From: the human T2T-CHM13v2.0 reference genome, Homo sapiens
Direction: 5' to 3' (one strand)
NCBI RefSeq assembly: GCF_009914755.1
Contig: NC_060925.1
Length of the DNA stretch: 64,000 nucleotides
Of the stretch, positions 52,962 through 64,000 are shown piece by piece (position 1 is the first letter of the stretch; every line of letters begins with the position of its first letter). A program made the position numbers and the translations under genes. The notes beneath the pieces are model-generated. The model saw nothing but the letters and a program-made list of their open reading frames with translations. It searched no databases and was not told the origin of the DNA.

Positions 52962-55900
52962 TGTAGCAGGACGAGCCGCAGAAAAAACCTCTCAGACACT
53001 GAGTTGTAGAAGGAAGGGCTTTATTCAGCTGGGAGCATTAGCCAGCTACTGTCTCTAAATCTGAGCTCCTGGAGTGCACAATTTCTGTCCTTTTTAAGGG
53101 CTCACAACACTAAAGATTTCACATGAAAGCTTTGTGATTGATTTGAGCAAGCGAGGTATACATGACAAGGACTACTTGCCCCGGTGGTCAGGGAGAAACA
53201 GAATATGGAAGAGAGTTTCACAATGTTCTTCTACACAATATCTGGAATCTGTGAATCACATCGGCTTCTAAATCATAAGTGGATGTTCAACTACTGGGTT
53301 TAGGCCAACCAGGCCCAGGTCTGTTTTTGGGCCTGGAGCCGGGCTGCCTGTCTTTGGTTTTATTTCCTTGTTGTTTTTACTGAATAGAAAACAATGTAAA
53401 ACAAGAGGAGAGGGTCTTTCTCCTCTCTCATTTTCTTTCTTTGAGACTTTCACTCATTTTTATTAGTGGGAGCTGTCACTTTTATGATTTATGTTCTTCT
53501 GTGCAATAGATTGATAGCCATTTATATTGTATGCTTGTGCTGAAGGCTTTTGGTGAAATAAGGGAGAGACGAAGTTTTTTATGATTTGGAGAAACACAGG
53601 TATCAGACAAGGGAGCAGTAAGCAGGTTCCTATTACTATTATTACCTCTATTATAAGAGTTTTAAATCCTCCTATTGCTGGGAACTACTTTCTAAACATG
53701 GCTCCTGGATTGAGTCTGTGCCAGCCTTGCACGAGTACATGTGCCAGTTTTGTTATATCCTTAAGTATATGCTCAACTACTTGTTCTTTATCATCTATGT
53801 GTAGGCAACATGTTTCGTCAGATTCTCTCGCCAGGCAAGAACAGTCAAGGCTTGTTGGGTTTTATTAGTAATAATTTCTAAAGCAGCTTGTAACCATATG
53901 AGCATGTAGATAGGGGTTGGATATCCTCATGAGCCATCTTGTACTTAAGTGGCGGGTCCATAGTATTGTATGATTCTTTCAGGGGTGCATTCATCATCTT
54001 TCTAACCACTTATGGCTATGCTTCATTTTGCCTGGGAAGCATAGACTGGGAAGCCTACAAGTTCAACTGTTTTTATGGGCAGTAAGAAGAAAGATGGCTT
54101 CATGGTGCCAATTACACAGCCACACGCCCACTGGTCAGGCAGCTTAGCATAAGCTTTGTGTCTACATATCTAGCATAACCTAGTGGGGGCCGTCCAGTCC
54201 TGGTGGAATTCTGGATGGGCCTAAACAGTCTGCAACTTTGGAAATTTGCTGAATGCATTTCTTTCTGTGTAATTGGAACTGTACCATGTAACTGTTTTTG
54301 TGGCACCATTATACAGGTTTTGCCTAAGACAAATAAGCCGCCTTACGGGATGAGTAAATCCTTTTCTTTCTCTAGCTACGCATTACTGTCTAATAATTGT
54401 GACTTTTAGAAACTAAAAATTGTCGGGGTTGTTCTTTTGGGATGGAATTCGTGAGGAACTCCATCTGTAGGAACTAATTCTTGGGCTTCTTATGGCCATT
54501 GATCTCCTGTTACAGTCCTTCCACAAACATCACATGAAATGACTTGTAGAGACTGGGCTACATGTTTGGCTAATTGCAAAAACAAATTTTTAGTTTTTTT
54601 CAGAAATTTCAGGTATAGGCACATTGAATTCATCATAGAAAGTGTGAAATACTTGTCCTGGTGAGCGTTTTTGAACTTCTTCTTTTATCAGGATGCTTAC
54701 ACTAGAATCTAGTCCTTTTCTATCAATGCCTAATGTTATATATTTTCTTTTATTCCACTTTGGATCTGAGGGGTTTGTGATGATCAATTTTAAAGGGTTG
54801 CAGCTCCCACTTGTGCAAGAGGGGCTGACTTTTCTTTTTTGGAGCCAAACAGGATCTTTTTTATCTTTCTTCTAAGTAGCCTAACTGACGCAATACCACT
54901 ATTGACACATCGAACATAAATATGGTTCTTGACAGATGTACTTATTTTCTGTGTGTAATTTTTCCCAAATTTAGAGAAATGCATCTTATCCTCTGCTGTT
55001 TAGTATTAATAGTGGCACGAGCATCAAATTTTAAAGTTACATTTGTGGGGACTCTTCTTTCTTCTGTTCTAGCTATCACTTTACTTGTGTTACTTAGAGA
55101 AGGACCAGTTCTTAGTCTTACTTCGAAGACTGTGATCATGGGGGTTTAGAGGGGTCATAGCACACATCGGGCTGGTCACTTCCTGGATTACATACTTAGT
55201 ACTGGGTGTTATTATACAAACAGGTTCTGTTTGGAGTTCTTAGGCATTCATAATAGCTGTAAAATAAAACGATCATCTTAACTTGTCCTTCTTCAGTGTC
55301 CTGATGTATGCACTGAAGGCAGTCCTCTGTGTGGGAAGAGGTAGTGGAAGCTTTTACCACACAGGTCCATGTTATAAGGACAATAAGTCCTACGACGATT
55401 TTCCTCATGCTTTGGCCATGTGTAGTCTAGTCAGCTTCGTGGTGTGATTGGAGCAGGGCTTGTCATTTTCTTCAAGGTCACTTTTCAGGGATTGTCCAAG
55501 TTTGGTTTGGCCTCCTAGGTCTCAGCGGCTGCAGGCTTCATGAGGCTGTGGTGAATCTAGGCTGGGATTCCTTCTACATTGACAGCTGTGGGAGTGGTCA
55601 GGTTAATTGTCTGGGGTCCTTTCCACTGTGGCCACAGCGGAGCCACGTTCCAGTCCTTGATCCACACAATGTCACCTGGAGAAAAAGGGTGAACTGGGGA
55701 GAATCAGCTGCCTGGGCACCTCTCATTTACTCAAGTTGAGATAGTCTGAGTAATTTTCCCTAAGGCCTGTAGCTGCCGCTGTAATGCAATCTCACCTAAC
55801 TCTTGGGGAGTACCTGGAAGCCCTCCCAGTATGGGAGGAGGCCTATGATACAGAATTTCAAAGGGGGAGTATGCTGTTCTCTTAGAAGGGGTACACTTAA

Positions 55901-58900
55901 TTTTAAACAATACTATAGGAAGGACTTGTGTCTATTTTAAATTTGTTTCTTGACATACTTTCCAGAAACTTTTTCTGATAGTTCGATTCATTTGCTGCAC
56001 TTTCCGGAACTCTAAGGTTGGTAAACGGCATGTAACTTCTATGAAATTCTTAATACCTTTGCCGTCTTCTGTATCAAGTCAGCAACAAATGCTGGCCTAT
56101 TATTTGAGCCAATTCGTAGAGGCAGTCCAAACCTAGGGATGAAATTTTGAAGAAGTACACAGGTTACTTCAGGAGCTTTTTCAGTTCATGTTGGATAAGC
56201 CTCCACCTACTTAGAGTAAGTAAACACTAGAACCAGTAAATACTTGTTACTTCTACATTTAGGCATTTCTGTGAAGTCCACTTGAAGATCTTCAAAATGA
56301 GCTGCTCCAGAGGCTTCTATTCCCCGAGGTACAGAGGGGCCTTGCTTCGCATTGTGCTGTCCACAGGTAAGGCATCACTGCGCTACTGTTGTAGCAACAG
56401 CTGGCAAGGGTGAGATGTAGAAATACTGGCCTAACAGCTTTTCAAGTGATTCTTGGCCTCAATGGGTAGTTTCACATACAGTCAGCATGACTGTATAGCA
56501 GCGGTGGCACTGCTATTCTTCCATCTGGTAACTTTATGTATCTTTCCTTTATTGTTTGTCCTCTCTCTGTCTGAAAAAATTCTTTTTCCTCTTTAGAATA
56601 AGTTGGCACCAGATCAAGCATTTGAAGGAGTAGCAGGGCTGTGACTGATGTCTGGTAAGGAGTAGATGCTGCTTTTCCTGCCTCTGTGTCTGCTCAGGGC
56701 TTTCCTTGGCAAACCGAAGCGGAAACTCGCTGATATCCCCTGCAATGCATGAATGCCACCTTTTGGGGTTTCTACACTGCTTCTAATCATTGTAGAATTT
56801 CTTGCTGACATTTTATGTCTTTTCCTCTAGAATTTTTTCCTTATACAATGCTCCACATACTTGAAGGGTTAGAAAGGCATATCAAGAATCAGTATAGATG
56901 TTTACAATCTTAGGTTCACTGAGTTCCAGAGCCCGAGTTAGAGGAATGAGTTCTGCTTTTTGGGCTGAAGTGCTCTGAGGCAATGGCTTAGCTTCAACAA
57001 CATCATCTAAGTTTACTACTGCATATCCTGCACACCTTTCTCTTTGCGGGTTGATGAAGCTGCTTCTGTCCATGTAGAACTCCTAATCTACCAATGCCTA
57101 TGGCTGGTCTCAAAGATCTGGTCTGCTAGAATAGACATAGTCCAACACCTCTACACAGTTATGTTTAACAGGGCTGTCTGATACTGGGAGCAAAGTGGCA
57201 GGATTTAAAGAATTACAGACTTCTATGGTTATACATTGATTTTCACATAACAAGCTTTGGTGTTTAGTTAATGTAGCATTTGTTAGCCAATGGTGTCTTT
57301 TGGTGTTCCTTAGAGTTACATTAGAGTCAGCTTGGGCTGACATAAGTTTTTCTTTTAACTTATAAGTCTTGTTGTTGTAGAGACCTCTATTTAAAAGGCT
57401 CTCGGTCACCCCCTTTATAACTCCATTCAATGCTTTGGCTAACACCACAAAGTTTGGAATCTGCAGTCTGCAAAAATCTCACAGCTCCTAAATGTTCTCT
57501 TATTTGCCTCCTGGTTTTAGGTTCTGGTAAGCTGCAGATGACCTGCTTTCTTGCTGACCATAGACTGCACTCCCCTTTTCAAATAGTGAATCCTAGGTAG
57601 TGTACCTGCTGTCTGCAGATCTGAGCTTTCTTTTTGGGCACTTTATATCCACAGTCCTCCAGGTGTCGAAGCAGGGCACCCGTCCTTTTTGCACACCTGA
57701 CTGCCATGGAGTGTCCTAGCAGAAGGTCATCTACATACTGGAGCAGGATGCAACCTAGGTCTTTAGCAGGAAACATTTGGAGGTCTCCAACCGAGGCCTC
57801 CCCAAAGATGGTGGGGGACTTTTTGAACCTTTGGGAAAGTCGAGTCTAAGTGTACTGAATGGTGACATCTGACTCCGGATCTTCCTACTGAAAGGCAAAC
57901 AGCTTTTGGCTCTCAGGAACTAGCCTGATGTGAAGAAGGCATCTTTCAAGTCCTGTACGGGTCGATAGTCTTTGGTCCTTGGTTTAGGGACAGGTAGGAG
58001 GTGGGTGTTCCATGGAGACTGGCAAGGAACTAGAATTCCAGAGGCTTTTAAGCATATAAGATGAGTCTCTATTCCTTTAAAGGCTTCCCTGGGAACAGGA
58101 TACGGCTTTTGTCCAATTGGCTAGGTCGTAGGCTAAACTTCTATGAGTACGGGGGCTTGATTGATTGCCAGCCTCAGAGGATTGTCCTCCATCTCTACTC
58201 AGAGCCGTCACTCAGCTGGAGCCACTTTTATTTCCTGAGCTGGCTCAGTTAGCAAAAGTCTCCACTCTTCTTCCTGGGGGACTGGAAGGGCCATGATGAC
58301 TCCTGTTTCTGGCAACTCCAGCTGTAAAGTGCCTTGTTTTGTCAAGGAAATGGTGGCTCTTAACTTGCTAAGCAAGTCTCTTCTCAACAAAGGCAAGGGA
58401 CAGTCAGACATATACAGAAATGGATAAATCACTTTGTGTCCTCCCACTGAGCAGTTGCGCGGTAGACAGAAGTCCTGCTTGGTAGAGACTCCTGTTGCTC
58501 TAATTCTATCAATGGTCTTTATAGATGAGGGGGCCACTGGAGTGCTTACTACTGAGTGTTCGGCTCTTGTATCCACTAAAAACTTAATGTCCTTGCCCCT
58601 TATTGTCATCCTGACCATGGGCTCCTTGGGGGCATTTGAGCCTGTTCCCCTTAATTCTAGCAGCCCCTCAGCTAGATTGAACAAAATCCTTTCATCTTGG
58701 TTTGAGGTCTTTGGCTCTGCATCACTCTGATTTTCTTTGAGTTGGGGACATTTATCTTTCTAATGTCCTATTTCTTTACAGTAGGCACATTAGTCATGCT
58801 GCAAATGTGAGTGATTGGACAGGGCATTCCTCCCAGAACCCCCTTTTTTCTGCCTTTTCAGGAGAATTCCTCTAATTGTCACAGCCAGCAAACTAGCGTT

Positions 58901-60802
58901 TCACCTGGCCTGGCGTTCGCCCTCCTTACGGCTTTCTTGGCCGCTTGTTGCATCTCTATTTACAAATACTTCATTAGCTCTTTCCAGTAACTGCAAGGTT
59001 TTCATTCCTGCAAACCTAGCCTGTTTTTGCAATTTTCTCTGGATATCTTCTGCACTCTGAATAACTAAGGCCGTATTAATCAACGGCTGATTTTCAGGAC
59101 TCTCCAGATCGAAAGGAGTGTACATGCAATAGGCCTCACACGGTCTTTGATAGAACTGGGCTGGGCTTTCCTCCTTTCCTTGGATGACTTCAGAAACTTT
59201 ATTTACATTGGTACCCTTTTGAGCCCCTTTTTTCAACCTTTCAATTAATGCCTCTCGGTACCCTCTTAGCCTTTCCATATCTGGTCCTTCATTTGGATCC
59301 TATTGAGGGTCCGTTCCTGGCAGCTGAATTCTTATGTATTCTTGGGGACTTTGATAATTGGCTGGGATGTGCTCCTCCAGCCATTTAACTGTTGCCTGCA
59401 GCACCTGTTGCCTTTTATGTGTTTTAAAGAGGTACATGAGTAGCTGGTGGCAATCAGCCTAAGTAGGATTCTGAGTCTGGATAATTCTTTGAAGCAAGTC
59501 AATTAGGGCTTGAGGCTTTTCAGTGTAAGATGGAGTGTTATTTTTCCAGTTGAGTAGTTCAGCAGAGGTAAAAGGGTGATACACAAAAGCATGCCTTTCT
59601 ACCGTATGTCTGACCTCATCTGTCCTAGTATATCGCTGCTCTCTCAGGGCATTTGAATTCCCGTCTTGGGCCGTTAAGCGGGCTGCCAGGGAAGTGGATT
59701 TTCCCGCAGTTTCACTTTTGTTCTTGTCTACTCTGGGTGGTCTAGGGGCTGTGGGCTCAGGAGAAGGGGGCCTCCCCACTGGATAAGGGGTTGAGGGCAC
59801 TGTTGGTGCCATCTCCTGCCTTGAGTCCTCGAGCTCTGGGTCAAACAGAACTTTAGGTGCTGGCTTCTCTTGGCCGGTGGAGCGAGAACTTTCCTGAAAT
59901 AAATGTCCCTTTGCTACTACTACTGCTGCTGCCTGTCCTTTTACCACTGTAGAGGATCTAAAACTAGCTGTAACTAGGAATCTCTATATGGAAATTGATA
60001 TGGGTGCAGGCACACCATGAGCGATCAGGCCAAGCTTCCGCTCAGGTGGAGTGGGGCAAGTTGAAAAGACTTGTCTTACTAAGTTTCAGATGTCTGGACT
60101 CCAAGTGCCAGTTCCTTCCTGGTGTTCAGCCACTGTGTTAATCCTCCGCGGGGATCACTGCTCTGGCGAGGCGTTCAACCGGGGCCATTTCCTACCTGGG
60201 AGCGCTCTTTGGATCCCATCCCTCAGGCTGGCCAGAGTCCCTGGCAGCCTGAGGGATGCCCCGGCCTTACTCCACAAGGCATGCCTAATCTGCCTAAGGA
60301 GCTGCCTCGGCCGTCCATCAGTTATCTTGCTTCCAGGTCAGGGAACCAAGAAATGTAGCAGGACAAGTGGCAGACAAAACTCTCAGACACCGAGTTGTAG
60401 AAGGAAGGGTGTTATTCACCTGGGAGCATCGGATAGCTACTGTCTCAAAATCCGAGCTCCCCAAGTGCACAATTTCTGTCCCTTTTAAGGGCACACAGCA
60501 CTAAAGATGTCACATGAAAGGGTCGTGATTGATTTGAACAAGCCAGGGATATGCGACAAGGACTACATGCACCCGTGGTCAGGGAGAAACAGAATATGGA
60601 AGGGAGTTTCACAATGTTCTTCTATACAATGTCTGGAATCTATGAATAACATCGGCTTCTAAATCATAAGTTGATTTGTAACTACTGGGTTTAGGCCAAC
60701 CAGGCCCAGGCCTGGTTTTGTGCCTTTGATTTTGCTTCCTTGTTGTTTTTACTGAATAGAAAACAATATAAAACAAGAGGACAGGGTCTTTCTCTCTTCT
60801 CA
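52962..60802 (-). mobile_element. HERV-E provirus, second copy (3' LTR 52962-53430, env about 53459-55408, pro-pol about 55459-58651, gag about 58652-60004, PBS 60331-60348, 5' LTR 60354-60802)
   Basis: Reverse complement of 7587-15427 with the same integration site and TSD, so duplicated rather than independently inserted. Confidence 0.95.
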
Positions 60803-61365
60803 ATATCAGCACTGGATTGTAGAACTTGTTGCTGATTTTGGCCTGGCATTCAAGTTAACTCTTCCCCTTGGTATCTGTACATACCTTTGATGTCAGTGTT
60901 TAGTACACGTGGCTTGGTCACTTCATGGCTAAAAACGTGCTTGTGGAAGACAAGTCTGGCTTGGTGAGTCTGTGTGGTCAGCAGTCTCTGATCCGTGCAG
61001 GGTATTAATGTGTCAGGGCTGAGTGTTCTGAGATTTATCTAGAGGCTGGGAAGGGCTCCTGAACCAGTTGTTTCCGTCTTGTCGGTCTGTCAGGGTTGGA
61101 AAGTCCAAGCCATAGGACCCAGTTTCCTTTCTTAGCTTACGTTATCTACCAGAGCACCGTGGGCTGTTACTTGCCTTGAGTTGGAAGCGGTTCGCATTTA
61201 TACCGGTAAATGTATTCATCCTTTTAATTTATGTAAAGTTTTTTAGTATGCAATTCTCGATCTTTTAAGAGTTGACAACAAATTTTGGTTTTCTGCTGTT
61301 ATGTGAGAACATTAGGCCACAGCAACATGTCATTGTGTAAGGAAAAATAAAAGTGCTACCATATG

Positions 61366-61397
<32 letters not shown>
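60803..61397 (+). pseudogene. Gamma-actin processed pseudogene 3'UTR with poly(A); hosts the salivary promoter and untranslated exon
   Basis: ACTG1 3'UTR match, AATAAA near 61346, A17 tail at 61367-61383, probable donor CCG|GTAAAT at 61205/61206. Confidence 0.92.
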
Positions 61398-61409
61398 CAT
61401 TAATGTCTA

Positions 61410-61573
61410 AGAGGTCATTGAGATGATTTCCATGAGAGACTTTTTGATGTTCTTCACCAGTTAGGATTATTATTGATAATCCTTTTCAGATTATGAATAA
61501 ACAGTTTGCCCTCAAGTATTTATTCATGCTACTATTTACATTGTAAAATGTGCTTCTTACAGGAATATAAATA
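61410..61573 (+). promoter_or_regulatory. Ancestral pancreatic-type proximal promoter; TATAAATA 61566-61573; acceptor TTCTTACAG at 61562
   Basis: TATA box begins 43 nt upstream of the ATG. Candidate pancreas element GATGATTTCCATGAGA near 61422 (recall, low certainty). Confidence 0.6.
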
Positions 61574-61608
61574 GTTTCTGGAAAGGACACTGACAACTTC
61601 AAAGCAAA

Positions 61609-63948
<2,340 letters not shown>

Positions 63949-64000
63949 GTACGTCAATACATATAGGCATATAAAATATCATCCTATTCATTAGAAAATT

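Noticed and set aside
52962-60802. Second independent ERV insertion
   Set aside because: Same target site, TSD, stops and deletions as the first copy, so it arose by segmental duplication.

Overview
Human salivary/pancreatic amylase cluster (1p21), not microbial DNA. The window holds two salivary amylase genes, AMY1B-like (- strand, last exon off the left edge) and AMY1C-like (+ strand, exons 5-10 off the right edge). They sit head-to-head on a near-perfect inverted segmental duplication: left arm up to 24617, right arm from 43766, spacer about 19.1 kb. Each arm carries, upstream of the amylase ATG, a gamma-actin (ACTG1) processed-pseudogene 3'UTR interrupted by a 7.84 kb HERV-E provirus in antisense orientation. 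The spacer holds the 5'-truncated pancreatic-type pseudogene AMYP1 (exons 4-10) and many repeats. This architecture is well known. Three sequence-level observations go beyond it. (1) The provirus shows a dense, strand-specific GG->AG signature, with about 16 Trp codons turned to TAG/TAA and Gly->Arg changes in conserved motifs, as expected from APOBEC3G hypermutation. (2) The breakpoint that created AMYP1 is an L1/amylase/L1/amylase interleave with a perfect 36-nt templated insertion and microhomologies, a template-switching scar. (3) The AMYP1 exons remain open and spliceable downstream of a same-strand HERV-E LTR and splice donor, but carry H201L. Gene names, repeat subfamilies and consensus motifs come from recall, not from a database search.
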